From Pristiophorus japonicus (taxonomy: Eukaryota), in the NCBI RefSeq assembly GCF_044704955.1, contig NC_091979.1, positions 151,218,001 through 151,282,000 on the forward strand: a stretch of 64,000 nt of DNA. The letters run 5' to 3'. The notes beneath the pieces are model-generated. The model did no database searches and was not told where the DNA came from. It saw only the letters and a list, made by a program, of their open reading frames with translations. Below, piece by piece: positions 50,117 through 64,000 of the stretch; the stretch's first letter is position 1, and the number at the start of each line of letters is the position of its first letter. The translations under genes were made by a program, and so were the position numbers.

Positions 50117-53100
50117 AGAAACATAGAAACATAGAAAATAGGTGCAGGAGCAGGCCATTCAGCCCTTCTAGCCTGCACCGCCATTCAATGAATTCATGGC
50201 TGAACATGAAACTTCAGTACCCCCTTCCTGCTTTCACGCCATACCCCTTGATCCCCCGAGTAGTAAGGACTTCATCTAACTCCCTTTTGAATATATTTAG
50301 TGAATTGGCCTCAACTACTTTCTGTGGTGGAGAATTCCACAGGTTCACCACTCTCTGGGTGAAGAAGTTTCTCCTTATCTCGGTCCTAAATGGCTTACCC
50401 CTTATCCTTAGACTGTGACCCCTGGTTCTGGACTTCCAACATTGGGAACATTCTTCCTGCATCCAACCTGTCCAAACCCGTCAGAATTTTAAACGTTTAT
50501 GAGGTCCCCTCTCATTCTTCTGAACTCCAGTGAATACAAGCCCAGTTGATCCAGTCTTTCTTGATAGGTCAGTCCCGCCATCCCGGGAATCAGTCTGGTG
50601 AACCTTCGCTGCACTCCCTCAATAGCAAGAATGTCCTTCCTCAGGTTAGGAGACCAAAACTGTACACAATACTCCAGGTGTGGCCTCACCAATGCCCTGT
50701 ACAACTGTAGCAACACCTCCCTGCCCCTGTACTCAAATCCCCTCGCTATGAAGGCCAACATGCCATTTGCTTTCTTAACCGCCTGCTGTACCTGCATGCC
50801 AACCTTCAATGACTGATGTACCATGACACCCAGGTCTCGTTGCACCTTCCCTTTTCCTAATCTGTCACCATTCAGATAATAGTCTGTCTCTCTGTTTTTA
50901 CCACCAAAGTGGATAACCTCATATTTATCCACATTATACTTCATCTGCCACGCATTTGCCCACTCACCTAACCTGTCCAAGTCACTCTGCAGCCTCATAG
51001 CATCCTCCTCGCAGCTCACACTGCCACCCAACTTAGTGTCATCTGCAAATTTGGAGATACTACATTTAATCCCCTCGTCTAAATCATTAATGTACAATGT
51101 AAACAGCTGGGGCCCCAGCACAGAACCCTGCGGTACCCCACTAGTCACTGCCTGCCATTCCGAAAAGTACCCATTTACTCCTACTCTTTGCTTCCTGTCT
51201 GACAACCAGTTCTCAATCCACGTCAGCACACTACCCCCAATCCCATGTGCTTTAACTTTGCACATTAATCTCCTGTGTGGGACCTTGTCGAAAGCCTTCT
51301 GAAAGTCCAAATATACCACATCAACTGGTACTCCTTTGTCCACTTTATTGGAAACATCCTCAAAAAAATTCCAGAAGATTTGTCAAGCATGATCTCCCTT
51401 TCACAAATCCATGCTGACTTGGACCTATCATGTCACCATTTTCCAAATGCGCTGCTATGACATCCTTAATAATTGATTCCATCATTTTACCCACTACTGA
51501 GGTCAGGCTGACCGGTCTATAATTCCCTGCTTTCTCTCTCCCTCCTTTTTTAAAAAGTGGGGTTACATTGGCTACCCTCCACTCGATAGGAACTGATCCA
51601 GAGTCAATGGAATGTTGGAAAATGACTGTCAATGCATCCGCTATTTCCAAGGCCACCTCCTTAAGTACTCTGGGATGCAGTCCATCAGGCCCTGGGGATT
51701 TATCGGCCTTCAATCCCATCAATTTCCCCAACACAATTTCCCGACTAATAAAGATTTCCCTCAGTTCCTCCTCCTTAATAGACCCTCTGACCACTTTTAT
51801 ATCCGGAAGGTTGTTTGTGTCCTCCTTAGTGAATACTGAACCAAAGTACTTGTTCAATTGGTCTGCCATTTCTTTGTTCCCCGTTATGACTTCCCCTGAT
51901 TCTGACTGCAAGGGACCTACGTTTGTCTTTACTAACCTTTTTCTCTTTACATACCTATAGAAACTTTTGCAATCCTCCTTAATGTTCCCTGCAAGCTTCT
52001 TCGCGTACTCCATTTTCCCTGCCCTAATCAAACCCTTTGTCCTCCTCTGCTGAGTTCTAAATTTCTCCCAGTCCCCAGGTTCGCTGCTATTTCTGGCCAA
52101 TTTGTATGCCATTTCCTTGGCTTTAATACTATCCCTGATTTCCCTAGATAGCCACGGTTGAGCCACCTTCCCTTTTTTATTTTTACGCCAGACAGGAATG
52201 TACAATTGTTGTAATTTATCCATGCGGTCTCTAAATGTCTGCCATTGCCCATCCAGTCAACCCCTTAAGTATCATTAGCCAATTCATGCCTCATACCTTC
52301 AAAGTTAGCCTTCTTTAAGTTCTGGACCATGGTCTCTGAATTAACTGTTTCATTCTCCATCCTAATGCAGAATTCCACCATATTATGGTCACTCTTCCCC
52401 AAGGGGCCTCGCACAATGAGATTGCTAATTAATCCTCTCTCATTACACAACACCCAGTCTAAGATGGCCTCCCCCCTAGTTGGTTCCTCGACATATTGGT
52501 CTAGAAAACCATCCCTTATGCACTCCAGGAAATCCTCCTCCACCGTATTGCTTCCAGTTTGGCTAGCCCAATCTATGTGCATATTAAAGTCACCCATTAT
52601 AACTGCTGCACCTTTATTGCATGCACTCCTAATTTCCTGTTTGATGCCCTCCCCAACATCACTACTACTGTTTGGAGGTCTGTACACAACTCCCACTAAC
52701 GATTTTTGCCCTTTAGTGTTCTGCAGCTTTACCCATATAGATTCCACATCATCCAAGCTAATGTCTTTCCTAACTATTGCATTAATCTCCTCTTTAACCA
52801 GCAATGCTACCCCACCTCCTTTTCCTTTTATTCTATCCTTCCTGAATGTTGAATACCCCTGGATGTTGAGTTCCCAGCCCTGATCATCCTGGAGCCACGT
52901 CTCCGTAATCCCAATCACATCATATTTGTTAACATCTATTTGCACAGTTAATTCATCCACCTTATTGCGGATACTCCTTGCATTAAGACACAAAGCCTTC
53001 AGGCTTGCTTTTTTAAACACCCTTTGTCCTTCTAGAATTTTGTTGTACAGTGGCCCTTTTTGTTCTTTGCCTTGGGTTTCTCTGCCCTCCACTTTTCCTC

Positions 53101-53166
53101 ATCTCCTTTCTGTCTTTTGCTTTTGCCTCATTTTTGTCTCCCTCGGTCTCCCTGCATAGGTTCCCA
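50117..53166 (-). mobile_element. Young CR1 LINE, nearly complete ORF2, in the last STK17B intron
   Basis: Endonuclease ORF 52265-53092, RT ORFs 51360-52223 and 50489-51343 (FADD); (TTTCTATG)n tail. Confidence 0.97.
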
Positions 53167-54204
53167 TGGAAAGGTATGGTTACTAATCTATGAAACTGCA
53201 TGGCAAATGCTCACAACCAATATTTTCTGAGGATTAGCTCAAGCATGACAACAGAATTCATCTGTTTGGAAATGTCCTCACTTCATGAGTGTCCGCTATT
53301 GAATAGATTTTGATCCTTACAGACTCACTGGCCTTTTATGTAGATAGGGAAAAGCTGCACAAGCATCTACAAAATGCCATCTACACTCTAGTTCCAAATG
53401 ATGCAGAGGTAGGCAGAAAGAGACAGCAAATTGCTTATGAATGGAACTGTAAAACCACCTTAAGTTGGGAGGTGTCTAATAACCCTTCCTACATCCAAGC
53501 ACTTCCCAGCCAATAAATATCCCAATCTATTACTATCTTCCTTCTCTTCCCCCTCCCCCACAGTACATGCACCCTAGGAGTCTCCAACATACAACACATC
53601 CAATGCTCCATGCCCTCTCCCCAGCTCTCCTGATCCCATCAACCCTGCAGTTTTACAACTTTATCTTATTCCTTATCTACTTCACACTGAGATTACTGCC
53701 TGCTTGTTTTTTTGTGCGACAGTTTATTGGTTTAAGACCCCAGGTCTGAACTAACTTCTTAATCTTTTCTGATATTTCCACACTAGGATGTAAACAGATT
53801 GCCAGGCAGGATTCCTATGGCCTTCTGCATGTTTTTCAAGCTCTAGTTCATTCACGTCAGCCTTCAACAACTGCACAATTTGAAAACTAATTTGTTGATT
53901 GTCTTCCACAACTAGTGAGTAACCCAGATATTAATTGTATTATTTCACTATTTGCCAACTTCACTTATGATTGTAAAGCAGCAAGACAGGTGAAAAGATT
54001 AAAGAAGAACTTGACTGGTTACAATTCCAGACAGTGCCGTGCCAATTTATCCGAGTTCTAGTCGTTACGTTGAGAAATCTAATAGATGTACAACTTGGAA
54101 CCTCAACCGCAATGGCTGAGTGGCTACCATTGGTAGGACTGATGGATACAACATGCCAATGTAGCTTAAGCACATTGGAGCCCATATAAATAAATAGGCT
54201 ATTT

Positions 54205-55140
54205 ACATAAGAACATAAGAATTAGGAACAGGAGTAGGCCATCTTGCCAGCTCCGCCATTCAACAAGATCATGGCTGATCTGGCCGTAGACTCAGCTCCA
54301 CTTACCCGCCCGCTCCCCATAACCCTTAATTCCCTTATTGGTTAAAATCTATCTGTGATTTGAATACATTCAATGAGCTAGCCTCAACTGCTTCCTTGGG
54401 CAGAGAATTCCACAGATTCACAACCCTCTGGGAGAAGAAATTCCTTCTCAACTCAGTTTTAAATTGGCTCCCCCGTATTTTGAGGCTGTGCCCCCTAGTT
54501 CTAGCCTCCCCTACCAGTGGAAACAGCCTCTCTGCCTCTATCTTGTCTATCCCTTTCATTATTTTAAATGTTTCTATAAGATCACCCCTCATCCTTCTGA
54601 ACTCCAACGAGTAAAGACCCAGTCTGCTCAATCTATCACCATAAGGTAACCCCCTCATCTCCGGAATCAGCCTAGTGAATAGTCTCTGTACCCCCTCTAA
54701 AGCTAGTATATCCTTCCTTAAGTAAGGTGACCAAAACTGCACGCAGTACTCCAGGTGCGACCTCACCAATACCCTGTACAGTTGCAGCAGGACCTCTTTG
54801 CTTTTGTACTCCATCCCTCTCGCAATGAAGGCCAACATTCCATTCGCCTTCCTGATTACCTGCTGCACCTGCAAACTAACTTTTTGGGATTTTCCCCAAG
54901 TCCCGCAGCATGTTGTAATTTCTCCCCATTCAAATAATATTCCCTTTTACTGTTCTTTCCTCCCCCCCCCCCCCCCCACCAAGGTGGATGACCTCACATT
55001 TTCCGACATTGTATTCCATCTGCCAAACCTTAACCCATTCGCTTAACCTATCTAAATCTCTTGGCAGCCTGTGTCCTCTACACAACCCGCTTTCCCACTA
55101 ATCTTAGTGTCATCTGCAAATTTTGTTACACTACACTTTG
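54205..55140 (-). mobile_element. CR1 LINE 3' fragment
   Basis: ORF2 C-terminus 54335-54874; TTCTTATG tail; same subfamily as 58740-60817. Confidence 0.93.
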
Positions 55141-56008
55141 TCATTCACTTATATGGGCTATTGTCCCACTTTCCCATTTCTTCGGCTGCCTTCACCATCC
55201 TGCCTCATTGCTTCTGCTAGCCCAGCCATTTTAAATGAGCAGTTATTTTCAACATCACAGCTGACTGGAAAGCAGTTCATTGAGTTGCAATGTTGGAAAC
55301 TACTGTACTGATTTACAAAGCCACTGGTAACTGAAGTAATGGGAACAAAATGGTAAAATATCAAGGACAGCAGGATTGTGCATTGGGAGAATATCACCGC
55401 TGTTTGGTCTGCAGTGATGTTGATGCTGCTTCCAGATATGGCATATAGCTGCAAATTCATAAAAATACCCATCAAATTCCATGGAAAACTTGGCTGGTCA
55501 TAAGAAAAGCATCTATGCACTGAAATGCCATTCAATCCCTGGACCACACACACACAAACAATACTCTGGTTAAGAGCACAAAGGCAATTTGTTCTCAGTT
55601 CCCTACCAATTGGCAAAGGATGCCCAAAATGAGTTTTGTTCTCTTTCGAGAAAACATGTAATCTCTCCCATGGCAGAGCTTGGAACCTAGTTAATGCAGT
55701 ACTATGCTTCCCGTCATGATTGAGACATTTAACACTGTCCAACACTTGAATCCAAAAAAAAAATTGAATCAAACATATCTTTGTGATTAATTTTACCAAT
55801 GCTAATTTTAAAATTTAGAGAAGTCAAAATGACAATTGTAGTTTGGTAACAATCATAGAAAACATTAAGGCTGTCAAAAACATGTGATTACTTCAACAAA
55901 TTTGTGTAGTTAGAGTAAATGACACTGAACTTATTGCAAAATCTGAATCATTTTAGGATGCTTTTAAGTTGGTGTGTGACTTTATTTTCCTATCAAATGT
56001 ATACTCAC

Positions 56009-56188
56009 TCAGGTTTTTTGATTAGAAGCTGCTGAATAAATTCAACAGCAGTTTTAGAAATGCCTTGAAATATTTCTTCTGAATAATCAACATTAACTTG
56101 TGATATATTAAGGAAAGTCTCTTGTTTATCTTCACCCTGAAATGGAGACTCTCCTGTCAGCATCATATACACCAACACTCCTATGCTC
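56009..56188 (-). CDS. STK17B: STK17B internal exon (180 nt), kinase subdomains IX-XI
   Basis: tttacag | (W)[59 protein letters not shown](E) | gtgagt. Not listed in the ORF track. Confidence 0.95.
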
Positions 56189-56369
56189 CTGTAAATAACA
56201 AAGGCAGAAAGACAAAGCTGTAAAGCAGAATCTGTAATTGTTTTGCTCTATTTAAATACAAGAATCCCAGTTATAAATGCATCATTACACATCTATGGTA
56301 CTGTTTCTGAATAGAGTATGGTGCATAATTGCTGGCACAGCTATCTCTAAAATGCTACAAGTGCACACC

Positions 56370-58445
56370 TAGAGAACGTCAAGGTGACAAGATAGTACTC
56401 TGTCCGAATAACTCCCAGTTTCAAATAGTGTGAAGCAAAGATTTGTACCGGGTCCTACTCTATTCGCCCTCTGACGTGGCTGTGCTGGATGATGCAACAA
56501 GGGATTTTCAGATAGGAATTGTGATACAAATCCGCATAATGAGGAAATTGTTCGATCAAGATTGCGAACAGCGACTGAAGTTTCCAAATAAATTATACAA
56601 GAACTTTTGTATGTTAATAACTGCACCCTTGTGGCGCATTCTGAAGAGGATAAGAACATAAGAATTAGGAGCAGGAGTCGGCCATTTGGCCCCTCAAGCC
56701 TGCTCTGCCATTCAATAAGATCATGGCTGATCGGATCATGGACTCAGCTCCACTTCCCTGCCTGCTCCCCATAACCCTGGACTCCCTTATCACTCAAAAA
56801 TCTGTCCATCTCCACCTTAACTATATTCAATGACCCAGCCACCACAGCTCTCTGGGGCAGAGAATTCCATAGATTTACAATCCTCAAGAAATTTCTCCTC
56901 ATCTCAGTTTTAAATGGGCAGCCCCTTATTCGAAGACTATGTCCCCTAGTTTTAGTTTCCCCAGAGTGGAAATATCCTTTCAGGATCCACCTTGTCTTTT
57001 TTATTTCGCTAAGATCACCTCTCATTCTTCTGAACTCCAATGTGTATAGGCCCAACCTACTCTCATAAGTCAACCCCCTTATCTCCGGAATCAACCTAGT
57101 GAACCTTCTCTGAACAGCCTCCAATGCAAGTATACCCTTCCTTAAATACGGAGACCAAAACTGTATGCAGTACTCCAGGTGTGGCCTCACTAATACCCTA
57201 TAAAGTTGTAGCAGGACTTCTCTGCTTTTATACTCTATCCCCCTTGCAATAAAGGCCAACATTTGCCTTCCTGATTATTTGCTGTACCTGCATACAAACT
57301 GTGTGTTTCATGCACAAGGACCCCCCAGGTCTCTGTACTGCAGCACTTTGCAATTTTTCTCCATTTAAAATTATAATTTTCTTTTCTAGTATTTCTGCCA
57401 AAGTGGATAACCTCACATTTTCCCACATTATACTCCACCTGCCAAATTCACTGAGCCTGTCTATATCCCTTTGCAGATTTTTTGCATCCTCACCATTTGC
57501 TTTCCCACCCATCTTTGTATCAGCAGCAAACCTGGCTACATTACACTCGGTCCCTTCATCCAAGTCATTAATATAGCTGATGGTTATATTTGCAGCTTCT
57601 GCTAGTAACTACAGGCTTACTATTAACTTGAAGATTTACTATTAGTTTGAAGAATTAAGTAATCTATCAATCAGCTCTTGGGAAGCCACGTTAGACTATC
57701 GATCACTATTGGCAAAATGGAATTGAATACGGTCAGAATTCACCCATCTTGGAAGTGTACTATCTGATGATGCAAGGATCGATAAGGAATTGATGGCTCG
57801 TATACAGAGAGGAAGTGAGCAAGACTGTCCAAGCACATTTGGAATCAGTGAGTTATCAAGTTTGCCACTAAACTGAAGGTTTGCAAGGTGGTTGTCTTGA
57901 CCAATCTCTTGTTGGGATGCAAAATACGAACACAATAGAACGCACACTCAACAGCTGGAAAGGTTTCACGAAAGTCATCTTCGCACCTTGCTTGATTAAG
58001 TGACGGGAGAAGAACACCAACAAAACAAAAACAGGAACGTGTCAACAGCATCAACATTGAAGTAATGATCATCAATGCTTAGCTCCATTGGGCTGGACAT
58101 TCTGTTAGGATGGATGCCATACCGTTACTGAAGCAGGTGCTTATGGTGAACTATTGGATGGCAGGAGAAAGCAGCAACAAAATCACTGCAAATATACGCT
58201 GAAAATTGAAGCAGTGCAACATAATCATTAACTCTCGAGAAAACCTGGCCATTAACAGACAGTCGTGCATGCTGAAGAGGAGCAAAGGTTTTTGAGCTAT
58301 AATGCCATGCAAGTGTGCAGGTAAGATGCAAGAGATGGAAGGGTTAGCAACGTCAGAGGGATCAACAGGAGAACCCACCCGTTAGTGTGGTTATGCGAGG
58401 CTTTTGGTATACAATACCTGCCCATATATTTGCCTGCATAATCAT
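56370..58445 (+). mobile_element. Ancient RTE LINE remnant split by a CR1
   Basis: IQELLYVNNCTLVAHSEED before the CR1; FTHLGSVLSDDARIDKE and LHWAGHSVRMD after it. Confidence 0.7.
56651..57576 (-). mobile_element. CR1 LINE 3' fragment
   Basis: ORF 56744-57262 (LYRVLVRPHLEYC); TTCTTATG tail. Confidence 0.92.
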
Positions 58446-58739
58446 CAATGCACTCCTCCACCCTGAAATTTTGTTCACTTCATTGTTGGCACCATCATCC
58501 TCAGGTATACCCAGACTGTTCCCCTGGTACCGGCCCTCATCTCGCTCCCTTAAGTCCAAGGGATGTAGAGTTCAACGGATATGGCCATTCACTGCCAGAT
58601 CTGGCTGGACCACAAAGTATTATTGGGTCCTGCATTCGCCTGCCAAAATTGCTCACTATTCCTGAATCATTCTGAAATGCACAGAAAAATCCCAGCTTCT
58701 CTTCTCCACTGCTAACTGTCTTCTTAAACCCCTCTCCCG

Positions 58740-60817
58740 TCAGACAGACAGTGAAAAAGGGCAGTAAGAGAAGGGATAACCAGCCGTGGATAACCAAGAA
58801 AATAAAGGAGAGTATCAAATTAAAAACCAATGCGTATAAGGTGGCCAAGGTTAGTGGGAAACTAGAAGATTGGGAACATTTTAAACGACAGCAAAGAACG
58901 ACTAAGGAAGCAATAAAGAAAGGAAAGATAGATTACGAAAGTAAACTTGCGCAAAACAAAAACAGATAGTAAAAGTTTTTACCGATATATAAAACGGAAG
59001 AGAGTGACTAAAGTAAATGTTGGTCCCTTAGAAGATGAGGAGGAGGATTTAATAATGGGAAATGTGGAAATGGCTGAGACCTTAAACAATTATTTTGCTT
59101 CGGTCTTCACAGTGGAAGACACAAAAACCATGCCAAAAATTGCTGGTCACGGGAATGTGGGAAGGGAGGACCTTGAGATAATCACTATCAGTAGGGGGAT
59201 AGTGTTGGACAGGCTAATGGATCTCAAGGTAGACAAGTCCCCTGGTCCTGATGAAATGCATCCCAGGATATTAAAAAAGAGATGGCGGAAGTTATAGGAG
59301 ATGCATTCGTTATAATCTATCAAAATTCTCTGGACTCTGGGGAGGTACCATCGGATTAGAAAGCAGCTAATGTAATGCCTCGGTTTAAAAAAGGGGGCAG
59401 ACAAAAGGCAGGTAACTATAGGCCGGTTAGTTTAACATCTGTAGTGGAGAAAATGCTTGAAGCTATCATTAAGGAAGAAATAGCAGGACATCTAGATAGG
59501 AATAGTGCAATCAAGCAGACGCAACATGGATTCATGAAGGGGAAATCATGTTTAACTAATTTACTGGAATTCTTTAAGGATATAACGAGCAAGGTGGATA
59601 GAGGTGTACCGATGGATGTGGTGTATTTAGATTTCCAAAAGGCATTCGATAAGGTGCCACACAAAAGGTTACTGCAGCAGAAGATAAAGGTACGCGGAGT
59701 CAGAGGAAATGTATTAGCATGGATAGAGAATTGGCTGGCGAACAGAAAGCAGAGAGTCGGGATAAATGGGTCCTTTTCGGGTTGGAAATCTGTGGTTAGT
59801 GGTGTGCCACAGGGATCGGTGCTGGGACCACAACTGTTTACAATATACATAGATGACCTGGAAGAGGGGACAGAGTGTAGTGTAATAAAATTTGCAGATG
59901 ACACAAAGATTAGTGGGAAAGCGGGTTGTGTAGAGGACAGGGAGGCTGCAAAGAGATTTAGATAGGTTAAGCGAATGGGCTAAGGTTTGGCAGATGGAAT
60001 ACAATGTCACAAAATGTGAGGTCATCAACCTTGGGGAAAAAAAAAAAACAGTAAAAGGGAATATTATTTGAATGGGGAGAAATTACAACATGCTGCGGAG
60101 GGACCTGGGGGTCCTTGTGCATGAATTCCAAAAAGTTAGTTTGCAGGTGCAGTAGGTAATCAGGAAAGCGAATGGAATGTTGGCCTTCATTGCGAGAGGG
60201 ATGGAGTACAAAAGCAGGGAGGTCCTGCTGCAACTGTACAGGGTACTGGTGAGGCCACACCTGGTGCACTGTGTGCAGTTTTGGTCACCTTACTTAAGGA
60301 AGGATATACTAGCTTTGGAGGGGGTACAGAGACGTTTCACTAGGTTGATTCCGGAGATGAGGGGGTTACCTTATGATGATAGATTGAGTAGACTGGGTCT
60401 TTACTCGTTGGAGTTCAGAAGGATGAGGGGTGATCTTATAGAAACATTTAAAATAATGAAAGGGATAGACAAGATAGAGGCAGAGAGGTTGTTTCCACTG
60501 GTCGGGGAGACTAGAACTAGGGGGCACAGCCTCAAAATACGGGGGAGCCAATTTAAAACTAAGTTGAGAAGGAATTTCTTCTCCCAGAGGGTTGTGAATC
60601 TGTGGAATTCTCTGCCCAAGGAAGCAGTTGAGGCTAGCTCATTGAATGTATTCAAATCACAGATAGATAAATTTTTAACCCCAAGGGAATTAAGGGTTAT
60701 GGGGAGCGGGTGGGTAAGTGGAGCTGAGTCCACGGCCAGATCAGCCATGATCTTGTTGAGTGGCGGAGCAGGCTCGAGGGGCTAGATGGCCTACTCCTGT
60801 TCCTAATTCTTATGTTC
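58740..60817 (+). mobile_element. 5'-truncated CR1 LINE
   Basis: NYRPVSLTS, DFQKAFD, GVPQGSVLGP, FADD; tail TTCTTATGTTC. Confidence 0.95.
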
Positions 60818-60819
60818 GG

Positions 60820-63228
60820 ATCTCATGGACTTCTTTGTCTCAAAGATTGAGACCATCCGTTCAGCTGCTTCTGCCACTTCCCTTCCTTCCCCTAGCCCAC
60901 CGGGCCAAACTTCCTCTCATGTTCCCTCCTGCCCTTGCTCTGAACTCTCATCTTTCGCTAGTTTCTCTGAGCGCCTCTCATGACCTAACCATGCTAATCT
61001 TGTCCACGGGACCCACTTCCTGCTCCCTCTACCCTATTCCCACCAAACTGCTGGTCACCCACCTTCTTTTTCTGGCTTCTGTTAGCTGATATTGGCATGG
61101 AAATCCCAGCCTCACCGGGTCTGTACGAAGCTTCTACGGACCCGGAAAGGCATCAGAAAAGCAGTTTTTCAGCACGCAATCCGCACGCGCTGAAAACCAG
61201 TTTTCCTGATCTGTCAAGTTTCTGGCTTGACAGATCTCGCACATCTCGGGAGCAATAAAATTGCATTACGGAGGCGACAATAAAATTTCATTTGTGGACG
61301 AGTAGATTCAAGACAGGTCACCTGATACACTGAAGTTACTGCTGCTTCAGAGTATTCATCAACTAACCTAATCCCAAGGTCCCGTGTACTCTGAATGATC
61401 CACTGAAGTGCCTCATAAAATTTTTCTACATTAGGAACATTTAAAATTGCAGGATTTCTGCATATGTTGCCCAGCAAATGTTCTCAAAATTCTTACGCCT
61501 GATAAAAGCAGGCGCATAGCCTACCTTTACAGGCGTAAGAGTTTAAAAACCAAAATAAAATTAAAAAAACATTTGTTGAAACCCTGCCCACTCAGATAAT
61601 TTTATTTAAAAAAATAATTAAAACTTTAAAAAAATTGGTAATTTTTTTCTTTAAAAAACATTTCTACCAACTTTAATTTCTAGTGTATTTGTGTGAGGTG
61701 TTTTAAAAAAATATTTTATGTGGTGTTTGGATGTGTTTCTCATTCCTAGTAATAGGAGTTTGACTTAGGAAAATTATGTTACTAGGAATGAGAAAATACT
61801 TTACCGTGAGTGGTTGTCCAAGCCCACGTGACTCCTGTGAACATCCCAATGTGAACGTGCTCCGTTGTGCAAGAGGAGGCCTCAAGTCTGGGATCTCTGG
61901 TGGGCATTCGACTAAAAAGTAGGTGCGCATCTTCTCTCCTATTTTTAGTCGAACGCCTGCAGAAAGAAGAAACAGGATTTCTGGGCCATTGTTAACGGTT
62001 TGCTCTCCTCAAGTACTGTCCCCCCCCCCCTTCCACAAATCTGCCATCATCACACATTTCCTCAAAAAGAAATCCTTCGCCCCATCTCCAACCTCCCTTT
62101 CCTCCCCAAAGTCCTTGAACATGTTGTCGCCTCCCAAATCCATTCCTGGAACTCCGTGTTTGAATCCCTTCAATCAGGTTTCCGCCTCTGTCACAGTACT
62201 GAAACGGCTCTCAAAGTTACAAATGACATCCTTTGTGACTGACAAAAGTAAACTATCCCTCCTCGTCCCGCTCGACCCATTTGTAGCCTTTGACGCAGTT
62301 GACCAGCCATCCTTTTCCAACACCTCTCCACCATCGTCCAGCTGGGTGGGACTGCACTCTACTGCTTCCATTCTTATCTATCCAATCATCGCCAGAAAAG
62401 CACCTGCAATGGCTTCTCTTAGCAGTTCTGCATAGTTACCTCTGGTGTCCAAGGATCTAGCCTTGGCCCCCTCCTATTTCTCATCATTATGCTGCCCCTT
62501 GGTGACATAATCCCCAAACCTGCCGTCAGTTTCCACATGTATGCTGATGATACCCAACTGTACCTCACCACCACTTCATTCGACCCTTCCACAGCCTCAA
62601 TTGTCAGACTGCTCATCAGGCATCCAGCTCAGAATGAGCAGAAATCTTCTCCAATTAAATATTGGGAAGACCGAAGCCAGTGTCTTCGGTCCTCGCCACT
62701 AACTCAGTTCCTTAGCCACTGACTCCATCCCTCTCCCTAACATTTATCGGAGGCTGAACCACACTGTTTTCAACCTTGGTGTCCTATTTGACCCTGAAAT
62801 GAGCTTTCGACCACATATCCATGGCATAACTAAGACCGCCTATTTCCACCTCTAAAATCGCCCGACTCTGCCCTTGCCTCAGCTCATCTGCTGCTGAAAC
62901 CCTCATCCATGCCATTGTTACCTCGAGACTCGACTATTCCAATGCACTTCTGGCTGGCCTCCCATCTTCTACCCTACGTAAATTTGAGGTCATCCTCAGT
63001 TGCCCATGTCCCAACTCGTACCAAGACCCGTTCACCCATCTCCCCTGTGCTCGCTGATCTACATTGGCTCCTGGTTAAGTAACGCCTCAATTTCAAAATT
63101 CTGATCCTGATTTTCAAATCCCTCCATGGCCTCGCCCCTTCCTATGTAAGTAATCTCCTCCAGAGATATCTGCGATCTTCTAATTCTGCTCTCTTGAGCA
63201 TCCTGATTATAAATCGCTCAACCATTTG
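60820..63228 (+). mobile_element. L2 LINE (RT and C-terminus), decayed, split by a MITE
   Basis: RPISNLPFLPKVLE, QSGFR..HSTETAL, FHMYADDTQLY and SRLDYSNALLAGLP motifs. Confidence 0.9.
61094..61987. mobile_element. Harbinger-like non-autonomous element
   Basis: Imperfect TIRs GGCATGGAAATCC and GGATTTCTGGGCC, exact 3-bp TSD ATT; removing it restores L2 LADIVNG. Confidence 0.8.
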
Positions 63229-63256
63229 TGCACAAATTGGCTGCCACCTTTCCTAC

Positions 63257-63591
63257 CATCATCATAGGCAGTCCCTCGAAATCAAGGAAGACTTGCTTCA
63301 ACTCCAAAAGTGAGTTCTTAGGTGACCGAACAGTCCAATACGGGAATTACAGTCTCGGTCACAGGTGGGACAGAGAGTAGTTGAAGGAAAGGGTGGGTGG
63401 GACTGGTTTGCCGCACGCTCCTTCTGCTGCCTGCGCTTGGTTTCTGCATGCTCTCGGCAATGAGACTCGAGGTGCTCAACGCCCTCCCGGATGCACTTCC
63501 TCCACTTCGGGCGGTCTTTGGCCAGGGACTCCCAAGTGGCAGTAGGGATGTTGCATTTTATCAAGGAGGCTTTGAGGGTATCCTTGAAATG
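63257..63591 (-). mobile_element. RTE 3' fragment inserted in a SINE tail
   Basis: CPTCDRDCNSRIGLFGHLRTH; GAT tail; TTTCCTAC repeated on both sides. Confidence 0.88.
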
Positions 63592-63807
63592 GACATTTCA
63601 AGGACATTTCCTACTTTACAACAGTGACTACACTTCAAAAGTACTTAATTGGCTGTAAAGCACTTTGAGACATCCGGTAGTCATGAAAGGTGCTATATAA
63701 ATGCAAGTCTTTGTGAAGTGTCTTGGGACGTTTTACTAAAGGAGCTATATAAATACAAGTTGTTGTACAAGGGACACACTACTATTACTACACAGCTATT
63801 AACATAC

Positions 63808-63856
63808 CACATGTCTGTTTCTGTGGAGATTGGTTCATAGTTCAAGATTTCAGGGG
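63808..63856 (-). CDS. STK17B: STK17B internal exon (49 nt), APE motif
   Basis: tttctcttgcag | (A)PEILNYEPISTETDM(W) | gtatgt; joins in phase to 56188 (TG+G = Trp). Earlier exons lie beyond the window. Confidence 0.93.
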
Positions 63857-64000
63857 CTGCAAGAGAAAGAAAAATGACTAAGTTGAAATATTAACGAGCA
63901 ACTCATATAATGATCAATTGAACACTGCTGATTCAGAATATAAAGCCTAAAGTGATAAGGGGTCTGGCCTTTCTGAAAACAACCCTTCTAACTCAAGTCT

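Noticed and set aside
55158-55799. 213-aa intronic ORF on the STK17B strand
   Set aside because: No domain similarity and atypical composition; the flanking kinase exons join in phase without it.
50117-60817. Many antisense ORFs over CR1 and RTE copies
   Set aside because: Shadow frames of LINE ORF2 that recur in each copy.
49062-63856. STK17A as the alternative identity of the kinase
   Set aside because: The C-terminal KRFRFDDS..HE motif fits STK17B better; synteny or a gene tree would confirm.
1-64000. CRISPR arrays, operons or other prokaryotic systems
   Set aside because: None seen; the window is intron-containing vertebrate DNA.

Overview
Repeat-dense vertebrate DNA. The repeat set (Deu-domain SINEs, CR1 with TTCTATG/TTCTTATG tails, RTE, L2, Harbinger-type elements) suggests a cartilaginous fish; this is inference. 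The only host gene I can support is the 3' part of an STK17B/DRAK2-type kinase on the minus strand (three coding exons: 63808-63856, 56009-56188, 49062-49341). The first 31 kb hold five decayed Ty3/Gypsy (Mag/K02A2.6-like) LTR elements, one nested in another, most with both LTRs and 5-bp TSDs visible. The rest is mostly CR1, RTE and L2 LINEs, SINEs and MITEs. Two A-tailed inserts stand out, each in a different copy of one Gypsy family, so the sister copy shows the empty site. One is a 341-bp chimeric U2-U1-U2-U2 snRNA-derived retroposon with an 8-bp TSD (3164-3504), a candidate SINEU-like family. The other is an intact processed copy of a divergent histone H2B (30163-30594). Coordinates were counted by hand, and the ends of degraded repeats are approximate.
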